Positions 14,471 to 28,089 of a DNA stretch of 64,000 nt are shown here, in pieces. Origin of the DNA: Eledone cirrhosa (lineage: Eukaryota); the NCBI GenBank assembly GCA_964016885.1, contig OZ024741.1, positions 101,742,001 to 101,806,000 of the forward strand, given 5' to 3'. The stretch's first letter is position 1. The number at the start of each line of letters is the position of its first letter. A program made the translations under genes and the position numbers. The notes beneath the pieces are model-generated. The model was not told where the DNA came from. It saw only the letters and a program-made list of their open reading frames with translations, and made no database searches.

Positions 14471-15330
14471 AACCCTCCCATAAGCCCAGCGAAAACCTTA
14501 AATACATACACAAGAACCCCTGCCACCCAACATAGTCTTCGACAATTTAGTTAAGAATATTAGCAAACGGATCTCTAACTTCTTTTCTAACAAAGCCATT
14601 TTCGATAGGGCAGCCTCCTACTATCATACAACATTACGCAATAGTGGCTTCTCCGAGAATATTTCCTACACTCCAGGTCACTCCTGGAATAAAACCTAGA
14701 AATAAAGCAAAAACCCGATTCTCTCCTCCCTTCTCGTTAAATGTCAAAACTAATATCGGAAAGAAACTTTTAGCCATCATAGATACGCACTTCTCCCTAG
14801 GATACAAATGTCACCAAATCTTTAAAGTCCTACGGTCAAAATTGGATACTCCTCTGCTAGGAACATGAAGTCATGCCTTCTGTATTAACAACAGAGCCCC
14901 AAAGTATATGGATGTTGTTTTAGATCAATAATTCAACACCCCAGCGATAATATACGAAGCTGAAGTATCTCTATTGAACCAACACCACCTAAAGGATTCC
15001 TAGAAATACATCGGTATGTTAGAGAGGTGGTTTAAATGTCGCTTCCTTAATCACGAATCGACATTCGGCAACCCAAATAAAAGAAATACTAAAATTTGGC
15101 AAATAATATATAGCAACTCAAAGATACGAACATAGATTTCTCCATCAAATGGAAGATTCTAGAAAAATCTCGATAAATGAATTCAAGACCTGCAGATTAT
15201 GCAATGATGAGAAATGGTGGATATTGAATAATCACCACAACAGTAATAAACCACATACCACACGTACATCATTCTTTTCAAGATGTTTTCACGGTTCTAA
15301 GTAGCTTTAAAAGAACTAGCCTCCTTAATA
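14470..15330 (+). mobile_element. Decayed PLE (Hydra-like thumb and GIY-YIG region)
   Basis: FSPPFSLNVKTNIGKKLLAIIDTHF, IYEAEV..YIG, FSIKWKILEK and CRLC remnants; degenerate hammerhead downstream at about 15530-15570 (TTGAACA..GAAAC GTAC GTA). Confidence 0.75.
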
Positions 15331-15669
15331 TTGATTTACATCTTTCTTAATCTATCGATTTTTTCTAGCGCCCTCACAATTATTGGCTAATTTAACGTTT
15401 GCTCGCATCTTTTCAGTCAAATTATCTCCCCTAGACCACCCAGATTATCTACCCGTGATCTGGTGCTCTTCTCTTTGTTCTGTATTTTCTTTTTTGAGTA
15501 AACATTTTCCGGTTCATTTTCATCGGCACAGGTTGAACAAGTTCCTCAGATCTAACGAAACGTACGTACCAGGTATACCGCCGTTGTAGTAATTGGCCTT
15601 AAAAATTATATTCAAACTCGTCCTAAGGACTTGAGTTGCTCTATACCTTGGAGAATTTTACCTTCCTAC

Positions 15670-15726
<57 letters not shown>

Positions 15727-15909
15727 TATATATAATAATAGGGTTATAGTATCGTAAGAGTGGATGGAGCGGAGAGATACAAAGAGGTGCGATACAGAAT
15801 ACTACATGCCAAAAACCGATGCGTAGTGTGCTCGATGATTGGGTTATCAGGGTTAAATATTAGAGAAAGTTAATATTTAGCATAAGGATTAAGCAGAGCT
15901 GGAATAAGC

Positions 15910-16810
15910 AGTTACACGCCGTTAAAACATATCTTTTTAATAGCTCTTACACGTGTTTTGCCTAGAGGGGCTCGTCGGAGGCAGATATTCAGATGGTTAA
16001 GTCCTTAGTTACAAATCCCTGAGAGGGTATTATAACATCGCTATGCATTGTCATTTAGATGGTATAGATATGGTTACCGGTGAAAGGGATATAACTCGCT
16101 AAAGGAGGTAATTATCCGGTGCCCGTTGAATGTTACTGCATTATTTTTTACCAATAACAGCGGTAGGTTTACAAAAATACAGCGTGAAATAACACCATTA
16201 TCTACCCACCGTTTCCCACCGGGATGCTGCACAGCACCTACTCAGTCGGGCCCAGAGTTCTTCCTCTTGGCCGGACCAGGTTAAAATAATCTTATGAACT
16301 TGCTGCCTGAATCCGAGTAACTTCTTAGATAAATTGATCATATGAGCATACAACTTCGATCCAAATTGGCATCATATTTCCAGGCCTTCAACATCGCACC
16401 CCAACGTAGCCCCCCTGCATTAGGTATACCTCTGTGCAGTGTTTAACGACATTACCAACAGTCTATCATTTTCCCACCTAAACACGGCATCATTTATACT
16501 AAGTTGACCAACCCCGCATAAGTTAATTTTTTAAATAAAATCTTTTCCCCCATAGCTGGTATTGGTAAAAAATAATGCAGTAACATTCAACCGGCACCGG
16601 GTAATTACCTCCCTTAGCGATTTATATCCCTTACATCGGTAACCATACCTATACCATCTAAATGACAATGCATAGCGATGTCATGCTATAATACCTTCTC
16701 AGGGATTTGTAATTAAGGACTTAGTCATCTGAATATCTGCCTCCGACGAGCCCCTCTGCGCGAAACACGTGTAAGAGCTATATAAAAACATGTTTTAACG
16801 GCTTGTAACT
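15910..16810. repeat. Inverted repeat, about 250-bp arms, each arm carrying a hammerhead-like motif
   Basis: agttacacgccgttaaaaca...ttaccaata (15910-16157) pairs with tattggtaaaaa...gttttaacggcttgtaact (16560-16810). Confidence 0.9.
16738..16778 (+). ncRNA. Hammerhead-like motif (U4C), with a mirror copy at 15943-15982 (-)
   Basis: gcct CCGACGA gc ccctctgc gc GAAAC ACGT GTA agagc; palindromic stem/loop III ACACGTGT. Confidence 0.6.
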
Positions 16811-16903
16811 CTTTCATTCACTCATTCCTTTGCTTATATATATATATATATATATATATTAGTTTTGCGAGGTTTTTTATATGAAATCGTGTGTCGAAAC
16901 AGA

Positions 16904-17320
16904 TATTGTTATATTTGGGGAGGGTCATATTTGCGTAATATTGCCAGAATTAATAACAGAACACACTCACTGTTTGGTTGGTTTTCGCTTCTCGCTGTCT
17001 TTTATATATATATATCTGCGATCTAACTTACTCGGTCCTCAATGTTGCCATTGACTGACCGGCGGTCAAAAATAATACAGATACAATATAGACAAACACA
17101 TATATATATAGTTTACATAAATCTTTCGTTGCACATCTGCAACATCGTCAGTGGTGTTATATTCATTGTTCCTCCTGTTGTGTTGTATGTCTACGCCATT
17201 TTTTTGTTCAGTCAGATATATATATATAAAAGACAGCGAGAAGCGAAAACCAACCAAACAGTGAGTGTGTTCTGTTATTAATTCTGGCAATATTACGCAA
17301 ATATGACCCTCCCCAAATAT

Positions 17321-17328
<8 letters not shown>
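16904..17328. repeat. Inverted repeat, about 115-bp arms
   Basis: atattgttatatttggggagggtc...tatatctg pairs with cagatata...gaccctccccaaatataacaatat. Confidence 0.9.
17115..17157 (-). ncRNA. Type-I hammerhead candidate in the loop of the inverted repeat
   Basis: Minus strand: acacca CTGACGA t gttgca gatg tgcaac GAAAG AT TTA tgt; good stem II, weak stem I. Confidence 0.55.
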
Positions 17329-17391
<63 letters not shown>

Positions 17392-18199
17392 TATATATGT
17401 ATATATATGTTTATATATATGTATATATATGTTTATATATGTATATATATGTTTATATATGTATATAAATGTTTATATATGTATATACATAACTTCTATC
17501 TCGCGCTCACTCCCTCTCTCATTCTACACACGTTGCCGACAGTAACTTTTATCAATTACATCTTTCTTTTTACTTTTTCTTACTTCATATTTTCGGTACA
17601 GACGTAACACATCATTCAAAAGTACTTTTGGCGATGATTTAAAAAGGATACAAATATACAATCATTTATTGTTTTTTTACTTCAAACACTCTAAAAGAAA
17701 CGAACGATATGCTATGCCTTCCCCACTCACTGAATCTTCCGTTGTTTGCGTTCCTTCCGACGGAGACAGAAGCACAAACATTTCTTTCATTCTTTCTTTC
17801 TTTCTTTCTTTCTTTCTCCCCCATCCATTGCCTTGCTGACAGTAAGACTTAAATGCAGCGTCACACCGCTTGATGCCGGTATAAATATCCTCCCACCACT
17901 TCACCGAATGTGAAGTCGTAATTTCTTGAGAAATCCCGCTTTCTCAATTCCCACCATGTATTAAGTCACTTACTAGTGATATTGGGAACATGAAGTCTAA
18001 TACAACCTGCTGGATGTTTGGCTCGTCGACAACAAAACCGGTATCTCCACTATATTCGTCTAGTGAGTTGCTAGAAACACAGGAGGACAAAAATAAAACC
18101 TGCCAACGTATGCACCAAGTAGTGGGTCCATAAACGTCTCGCATCATAGTGCAGGGAGAAATAGAAGCACTCGATCTGGTGAATGAGCGCACATTAAAA

Positions 18200-19812
18200 C
18201 CAATGTAAGTAATGGATCTCTAATTCTAGTCAGTACTTTAAACTAGGAAACGGAAAACTCCGAATTTTAAACCCCAACTGTTTTGTGCCACCCATAGCTT
18301 CTTAGCTGGTGCAGAGTATATCATGTGACCACTCTTTGGCCTACATGGCAGAAGGTTAATTGAAATTGCTTCTTCCGCATTACTGTGTACATAACAACAT
18401 ATCCTCAACGGTGCCTCACTTTTCCAACAGAGGTAGCTGCATTATGGTACATCTGTGTATCTGGTGGTATAACCAAATGAACAGGCTGGGCTAATCAACC
18501 ATCTTGGCTACCAACCAGCCCAAGAGAAGGACAACTCTGACTCCAAACCAGACAGATAGGGCTCGTTAGCCTTATTTAGATCATCCATCTATGAGAGGAC
18601 ACTCCGATATAACACCTTTGACCCAAAGATTTCGTTGTCACCGTCCCAGCTTGCTGGCCTATGACTAGTGAGAGGGTTGGGGCTACTACTGTACGCACTA
18701 CAGGACGAAGGACACACCCATGTATACGAAGTTTCTAATAATCCACCAAACCATACAGCATTGGGAAGGGAGCGAAAATAACAGGTAAAAAACGAGACTG
18801 GAAATTGCAGTTCTGATCCTGCATGCAGGATCCAGCTGACCGAGAAACCATCCATTCACTGCACATCAAAATCCACAATTTCTTTGTCTGCTGCTGGGCA
18901 CAAGGAAAACTACTACAGGACATTTACTATGCAGTCATCAACACTCTATACAAGAACAAAAGAGGGAAATCTAAATGTTCCAACTAGCGGCGAATAACTC
19001 TGCTCTCCATTGTAGGGAAAATCCTCTCAGGAGTTCTCTTGAATGTGGATTACAGCAAACAGAGGAACCATTGACATAGTCTTTGTTCTCACGCAGTTCC
19101 AAAATAAATTTAAGGAACAGAACAAGGGACTGTAGGTGATGTTTGTAGACCTTACCAAAGAATTGGGCATTATGAGCAGGATAGGTCTATGGTGATTGAT
19201 AGGAGACCGGCAAAGGTAAACAGTGCATTCGGTAGTCTATATGAAAGAGTCTGGAACAACAGAGGTTTGGGAAAAAGTACACACAAACAACAAGTACAGG
19301 GACGTTTATTGATCGCCCTCCTGTATGGCTCGGAGTTGTGGCTTACTTACTGCTATCATCTACGACTCCGTAAGCGCTTTAGTCAGCATTGCCTTCTCAT
19401 CAACCTCTACATCTACTGGAGTGACTTTGTCACATTCATTGAAGCTAATTTAACAAGTAGTGGTCACGAGTATTGAGGCTGTACTGTTGAAGACAGTTGC
19501 ACTGGGCAGGATATTTTTTTCTCCTAAATGGAGAGTAATCGTTTGCTCAAAATTGTGTTGTATGGCAAATTCTGCATTGGTTATCGTAATAGAGGGTCAC
19601 CGAAAGAAAGATACAAAGATTTCCCCGAAAAATAAGAGGAAGAAACGTTCCACACCAACACCAAGCCAAGAACAGAATTTCCCTTGCAGTCGCTGTGGTC
19701 GAGTCTATCTATCTTATATTAACCCCGACAGTCACGAGCTTGTCTGCAATAGACGTGGCAAGCCACTTCGCAAATCTTCGTTTGCGACGAAGTCAGGTGA
19801 TGATGATGATGT
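18200..19812 (+). mobile_element. Decayed, internally deleted RTE-clade LINE
   Basis: LLSIVGKILSGVLLN, RGTIDIVFVL, MFVDLTK, AKVNSAFGSLYERVW, LLYGSELW and terminal CSRCGR..SHELVC, then a (gat)n tail. Confidence 0.8.
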
Positions 19813-19833
19813 TGACAATAAATAAATAAATAA

Positions 19834-19874
<41 letters not shown>

Positions 19875-19882
19875 AAAGAATA

Positions 19883-19928
<46 letters not shown>

Positions 19929-20131
19929 AAAGTAAACAAGATTAGAAAAAAAATTACCTATTTACTTTGATGTCCCGACTCCAGTTAATTACCCCCTTAT
20001 GGTAGACTATACAATTTTGTCATTGTCTACCAACCGCCGCCTTTCTGTTGGCCGTTAATCCCGTGATAATCTTTCCATTCAAAATTATCGTTGGTACCGA
20101 ATAACTCGGAAGAATCTTTCTTGATTTAGAA

Positions 20132-20202
20132 ATTTCCTGACGATCTGAGATTTCTCACAGTGCTCAAAAACTGCGATTACCGAGCGAAACTGCAGTCGGG
20201 AT
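20132..20202 (+). ncRNA. Type-I hammerhead candidate with extended domain II
   Basis: atttc CTGACGA [42 nt] GAAAC TGCA GTC gggat; palindromic ACTGCAGT, GUC cleavage triplet. Confidence 0.65.
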
Positions 20203-20280
20203 ATCCTTAGGTGGGTATATATATATATATATAATAAAATAACAGGAGGCTGGACTGGTGTAATTCCTTAAAAGGTTTAT

Positions 20281-20340
20281 TATACTATGATCATTTCAAT
20301 GACCGGGTTCAGTATGAATCCGGTGACATCATCAGGTATT
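20281..20340 (-). ncRNA. Type-I hammerhead ribozyme
   Basis: Minus strand: atac CTGATGA tgtc accgg attca tac tgaac ccggt catt GAAAT GATC ATA gtat; intact core, palindromic loop III. Confidence 0.75.
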
Positions 20341-20405
20341 CGAAATATAACAAAGGAATATAATAGACAAAATCCTTGGGGCTGAAAATCAGAGACATAT
20401 ATATA

Positions 20406-21421
20406 TCTGTATATATATAAAATTAAGTATGTGTGTGTCTGTGTGTCTGTGTATTTACTATAGGGGCCTACATCTTACGACCGATTTTCATGAAACTTTA
20501 CAGGCTGATAGATTAGTCATCGGGGAGTGTTTTCTATATATCAGCGTATCATTTTCTTTTATTCCGGGGTCATTCTGCAGATAAAAATCGATAGGGCGGT
20601 CACTTTTTTTAGGTATCGAAAAATAAGACTTTTGGCTCTAGTTCCCACATTTTGCCACCGATTTCGTTCAAATTTTAAAGCAAAATAGAATTTATCATTG
20701 CACATCCTGTAATGGCTTTATATTTTGTATCTGTTGTTCAGGGACGGCGTGGCAGCCGCTTAAATATTCAAAAATACCACTTTTAGACTCAAATTTTTTC
20801 GGCTCTAGCTCCCACATTAATCAACCTACTTTGTTCAAATTTTACACTACGCTAGATCTGATTATTTCACGTCTTAAAGTGGCTTTACATTTTGGATTAT
20901 TTTTTGTTCAGGAACGGCGTGGCAGCCGCTTAAATATTCGAAAATACCACATTTTCGCTCAAATTTCCGCCTTTTTGGCTCTAGCTCCCACATTTTTTCA
21001 ACCAATTTCGTTCAAATTCAAAACTTCGGCTCCACCTCACACATAAATCAATTTATTTGGTTCAACCTTTATACTACGATCGAACCTATCATTGCATATG
21101 TTATAGATGGTCAAAAGCAAAACGACGGCCACTGACGTCGTCTGAGCTTTTAGTTGTGTATTTGAAAATTCATCAGTTTCCAATCAAGTATCGTGAGGAA
21201 ATTTGGCTTAGTTTTAAAGGCATTACCTCCCTCCCCCAGCATGCCCCTTCGTCAGTCACCCGCGTTTCTCAGTGATAGAGGTCATCACCCCCCCCCCCCC
21301 CCCGCATGGCCTGTGTGTGGCCATAGATGCGTCATCGAGAAGCAGTCGCTAAGATCAACCCCTTTTTATCAAAGCAGATATTATTTTACCTACCCAGGCA
21401 ACGCTGGGAGTCTGCTGCTAG
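20406..21421 (+). mobile_element. Non-autonomous Helitron-like element
   Basis: 5' A|TC start, subterminal hairpin cccaggcaacgctggg, 3' CTAG|T end; internal repeats (ggctctagctcccacatt about x3). Confidence 0.7.
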
Positions 21422-21459
21422 TATATATATATATATATACGTGTAAATATATATTTATA

Positions 21460-21866
<407 letters not shown>

Positions 21867-22800
21867 CACGAGGCTGTTCGGAAAAGTTCTCATCCTAACC
21901 ATGAAGAGAATGAGCTGGAGTCATGAAACTTAGGTATCATTCTACATGTCCACAGTTCAACACACTGAGTGCATCGCTTCTCAAGCTTCTGTAATCCTTT
22001 GGAAAATTGTCTACTCCCACCTTAGAATCATCTCGAAATTTGTTCCCTTTAAAACTCCTTTTGAGATTGGGAATAGAAAGTAGTCCAATGGAGCGAGATG
22101 TGCAAATTTGAGTGGATGGTCTACACACTCATTAACCCCACATTTTTCAAAACATCCACTGTCTGCTATCTCTGTAAAGAAGTGCGTTGACCCGCAACCT
22201 TCCGAGAGCAACCTTCCGAAACTTTCTCAACCGTTCTTTTTTTTTCAGTGCCTGCAGTTTAGAGTACTATTTTGCATTTTCTGTCTAGCTCTGGATGAAG
22301 ATACTCAATCATCAAAATCCCATCCTTACCCCTCAAGTCAATGACCACGACCTTTCCAGTTGACGTTTGGGCCATGAGTTTTTTTTGGCCGTGTAGGAAC
22401 CACGTGACACTACTTAATTGATTGTTTACTGGTCTCTGCATCACAGCGGTGTAATTACATTTCATCAACACTGATATGCCGTTCCAAAAATATTATCATG
22501 AGATCATTGAACTTCCACATTGAGGTGTCTACACGATTTAGTTTTTGATCATCATTCAAGCATTATGGAACCTCTTGGCTGACACCTTCTGTAAACCCCA
22601 ATTCTTTGGATATCTTTAGTTTCAGCAATTGAATTGGCCTAGATTTATCGCCAGTCAAGAAGAACTTAATTACTTCAGGGGTTAGCCCTATTGTTGGCCA
22701 CCCTGACAGTACTGCATCTTCAGCTTCAAAATTTCCTCGATGGAAGTTACTACACCAATTTACCGTTGAGTATGTTTGGCAATTGAACAATTATTATGAA
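21867..22800 (-). mobile_element. Decayed mariner transposon
   Basis: TIR-like cacgaggctgttcggaaaagttc after TA; HPLKFAHLAPLDYFLFP resembles HPPYSPDLAPSDYFLFP; also FHRGNFEAEDAVLSGWP. Confidence 0.8.
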
Positions 22801-22979
22801 ATGTTGCAGTATTACAGGAAAACCATTAATTTTTAAAGTAATACAGTCATACGCGCTGCTTTGCACTTTTCAAAAAAATTATGCTAATGCAGTTTTATGC
22901 AGTACAAGATGTTAAGTGTATTATTTTATGCAGTACAAGAGTTAAGTGTATTATTTTAAAAAATGTTGAAATTACTTAC

Positions 22980-23135
22980 ATCGATCTTATAACATTCACT
23001 GCAGTAGTAAAGACATGCATCCTCTGGGCTCAACTTGGTTGAGATTGGTCGAACAGCTTCCGCCGTTGTCATCATGCAAGCTTCTAAGGCAAGTAGGACT
23101 GTGAGAATTGTTAGACTCATTCTGGATTTAGGCAT
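22980..23135 (-). CDS. First coding exon of an eclosion-hormone-like neuropeptide precursor (exon 23146-22980)
   Basis: Acceptor tttactattttcAG at 23147-23148, ATG at 23135, MPKSRMSLTILTVLLALEACMMTTAEAVRPISTKLSPEDACLYYCSECYKID, donor GAT|gtaagt; hydrophobic signal peptide and Cx3Cx2C motif. Confidence 0.85.
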
Positions 23136-23486
23136 ATAGTCACTATCTGAAAATAGTAAATAAGATTACAACAACAAACGAACAAATGCAACTGGCGGTG
23201 TGTGGGTTGGACCCCCGGTGATTCCGACGGTCAGTGCTCCAATGGAACATCCTGCTCGTGAAATCAACGTGCAAGTGGCTGAGCTGGTCATTTGCGAAAC
23301 ACATGTTACGCGTGATTACATATAAAAATGTTGAACTGAAACTTCGACCTCTTTCTTAATATAAGCACTCTGCATATTACGCCAATAACACAGAGATATC
23401 GGTGTTAATCGTACACTTCTTAACGTTGAATATAAACATTGAAACAGGTACCACCTGTAGCAATTAGTATAGTTCACCAACTGGCG

Positions 23487-23536
<50 letters not shown>

Positions 23537-23543
<7 letters not shown>

Positions 23544-24877
23544 TCTTCAACATTTTCTGTCTACAGGTTTCCCTCGCTATATGCTATATATTGGTCAACA
23601 TGATGCTAGATGGCACGCTGTGGAACCGAACCCAAAAAACTTTCAATTTATTCGCTGAGTTCTTTATCTCGGCATATTTTGAGATCTTTCCTACTTCTTT
23701 ACAGTTTCTGTCTGAAGGAATAGTAACGGTTATTATGAGACATTCACTTACGTCATCCATTATAGTATCTGGTCTATGATGTTCATTTATTCTGTCTTGA
23801 TTTCAAAGTCTTATATAATCTTTGGTTTTATAGGTCCATTAAAAGCCGTTTCTGGTACATAATTGTACCACTCATCTGATGTTTTTTAGAAAGTGGATAT
23901 AAGATTGGATATAACACATCTTATTCAAATGTTATCATACCATCGATGATATTCTTTCTGGGCTAACATTTTACAATATTTCCCATTCACTCGTTACATA
24001 GGTAATATTTATTTGTTTAAGTATTGCAATAAATATCGTTATTCGCTGAATTAGTATTCAGTACTTGATCTTGAGCAGCACTCGACAGCCTCTCTGTTTC
24101 TCACTTTAAATTTTTACTGCAAAACCACTCCCGCCGTGATTCGTGATTTATCACTTTCTAGGTGTATCTCTGTAGAAGTGTACATGTAATATTTCTTCCA
24201 ATACTTATTTTCTATCACAAGTTTTCCTACATTCATCTCTTCAAATTTAATGCCTGTAAATCCTAATTCTACAACAGCTTGCTTGTGAAGTTCTTATTCG
24301 CTGTTTACTAACTTTTTCACTCCATCCAAACAGTCAGAAATGGCAATAAGTCCAATTTTTTTTTTTTAATGTTTTAACGACTGATAATTGCATTCGAACG
24401 AAGCACTTCTTATATTCTGTCTTATGCACTATTCTTTTGTCCATTCACTATTCCAGCATTTTACAAAATGACGGATATTCTTAGTCAATGGTTAGCTTTT
24501 ATATATATCATTTCAAAGCTACAATTTTGTATATTACATCTACTATTTTTTTCTGAGCATCAAAACCGTGTAACTAGTAGTTCTGAGCATAAAAACCGTG
24601 TAACTATGTAGTTTCAGCTTCAAAATTATAGATAGATGATATCTCTCACTGGAGCACCAGTTGTGTATTGTATTTAATACATAGGTTTACCAATAAAATA
24701 TATAGTAGAAATTATTTCATTATCACGAAACCATTCCAGTACATTACAGACAGTAGCTAAAGAATGTCATTTAACGACGATTCAGGTTCAGGTTTTATAT
24801 TCGGCGTATTAAATGATATCTTGTTTAGGGCATTTTTTTTGTTTTTTTTTCATAATTAACAAATACCATCTAAGCCC

Positions 24878-24954
<77 letters not shown>

Positions 24955-25638
24955 TTGTGATAGAAAATAAGTATTGGAAGAAATATTACATGTACACTTC
25001 TACAGAGATACACCTAGAAAGTGATAAATCACGAATCACGGCGGGAGTGGTTTTGCAGTAAAAATTTAAAGTGAGAAACAGAGAGGCTGTCGAGTGCTGC
25101 TCAAGATCAAGTACTGAATACTAATTCAGCGAATAACGATATTTATTGCAATACTTAAACAAATAAATATTACCTATGTAACGAGTGAATGGGAAATATT
25201 GTAAAATGTTAGCCCAGAAAGAATATCATCGATGGTATGATAACATTTGAATAAGATGTGTTATATCCAATCTTATATCCACTTTCTAAAAAACATCAGA
25301 TGAGTGGTACAATTATGTACCAGAAACGGCTTTTAATGGACCTATAAAACCAAAGATTATATAAGACTTTGAAATCAAGACAGAATAAATGAACATCATA
25401 GACCAGATACTATAATGGATGACGTAAGTGAATGTCTCATAATAACCGTTACTATTCCTTCAGACAGAAACTGTAAAGAAGTAGGAAAGATCTCAAAATA
25501 TGCCGAGATAAAGAACTCAGCGGGTAAATTGAAAGTTTTTTGGGTTCGGTTCCACAGCGTGCCATCTAGCATCATGTTGACCAATATATAGCATATAGCG
25601 AGGGAAACCTGTAGACAGAAAATGTTGAAGACCATCAT
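23537..25638. repeat. Near-identical inverted repeat, about 690-bp arms
   Basis: 23537-24224 is the reverse complement of 24951-25638; the mirrored 80-aa pseudo-ORFs differ at one residue; arms abut (TA)n. Confidence 0.95.
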
Positions 25639-25847
25639 ATATATATATATATATATAATAATAATATTATTTATAGTTATATATACACTATATACAACTA
25701 TAAACAGGAAAGGTCAGTAATTTATTACTACCTTATTACCAGTAAGAAAAATAGCTCAATGTAAATAGTAAAAATATCTCATCAGATGTTTTACAGAGCA
25801 GGAATATAAATTACATAATAATCAAAACTATGTTCAAATCATTTTAT

Positions 25848-25901
25848 TGCTGACAATCGTTTCTTCCAAACTTTCGTTTGGAATCCTCGGACCTCGGAGC
25901 A
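25848..25901 (-). ncRNA. Hammerhead-like motif with a duplicated core (U4C)
   Basis: Minus strand: tgct ccgaggt CCGAGGA ttccaaac gaaa gtttggaa GAAAC gatt GTC agca. Confidence 0.5.
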
Positions 25902-26224
25902 CTAACAAAGTTTGGACATATAATTAACTTACTATTCAACTGAACAATCATATAGATACATGGATATTAATGTTGTCATCAACAGTTTCGTATTTACAGA
26001 GTGGAATGGATGTGACAGAGATTACAAGAGAATTGTATAATAATTAAAGAGGCACAGAGTGGAATGCACGTGACATAGATTACAAGAGAATAGTATAATA
26101 ATCAAAGCAGTATAGAGAGTGCAAATGCGTTATGCATATACAGGACAGTTAGGTCCTGTATATGCATAACGCATTGAACAGTTTTGATTATTGTGTAATT
26201 TATATATATATATATATATATATA

Positions 26225-27204
<980 letters not shown>

Positions 27205-27278
27205 TATATACATATACATATGCATATACATATACATATACATATATATATATATATATATGTTTATGTGTGTATGTG

Positions 27279-27309
<31 letters not shown>

Positions 27310-27370
27310 GTATATATATGTATATAAATATATATATATATATATATACATACACACATACACACATACG

Positions 27371-27433
<63 letters not shown>

Positions 27434-27570
27434 TAGAAAGTGAGGTTTTTTTTACAAAATGAAAAATAACCGAGGTGTCCTACACGAGTGAAAGTATAAA
27501 GAAAAAGAGATGAAATCGAAAATGTAACTCGAGTCTTATTTTTTTTAAAAATATTTATATTTATTTGGTT

Positions 27571-27608
27571 CCTTTACCGGTTTCGCAGTTCTTCTACTTT
27601 TCAAAAGG
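27571..27608 (-). ncRNA. Hammerhead, U3-A8 covariant
   Basis: Minus strand: cctt TTGAAAA gtag aagaa ctgc GAAAC CG GTA aagg. Confidence 0.7.
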
Positions 27609-27643
27609 TGAGTTGAGATGGAGGGTCTGTGGTTTTTCTCACA

Positions 27644-27693
<50 letters not shown>

Positions 27694-27829
27694 CAAAGGA
27701 ATTGTGGTAAGGAGTACTCAATACTTAGGGTAGTAGAGTGGGAAATAGGAAAAAGTATGACCCCCACGGCAGAGCTCAAGCCGTTTCGACAGCTATTTCT
27801 GGACTCCATATATATACATATATATATAC

Positions 27830-27935
<106 letters not shown>

Positions 27936-27962
27936 GTATATATATATATATATGTGTATATA

Positions 27963-28005
<43 letters not shown>

Positions 28006-28089
28006 ATTATGGTTTGGAAGGGTCATGTTGCCAATAATAAACACACGCACCAGTTGATTTCACTCCAATTTATTATAAATTAAATTTAT

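Noticed and set aside
23410-23465. GAAACAGGT-acc-ACCTGTA stem III-like motif
   Set aside because: No recognisable CUGANGA core upstream.
23537-23779. Duplicated 80-aa hydrophobic ORF (also 25396-25638)
   Set aside because: It starts at a TA tract inside an inverted repeat and has no splice or domain evidence. A CTGAAGG..GAGAC hammerhead-like stretch within it has two core changes and no stem I.
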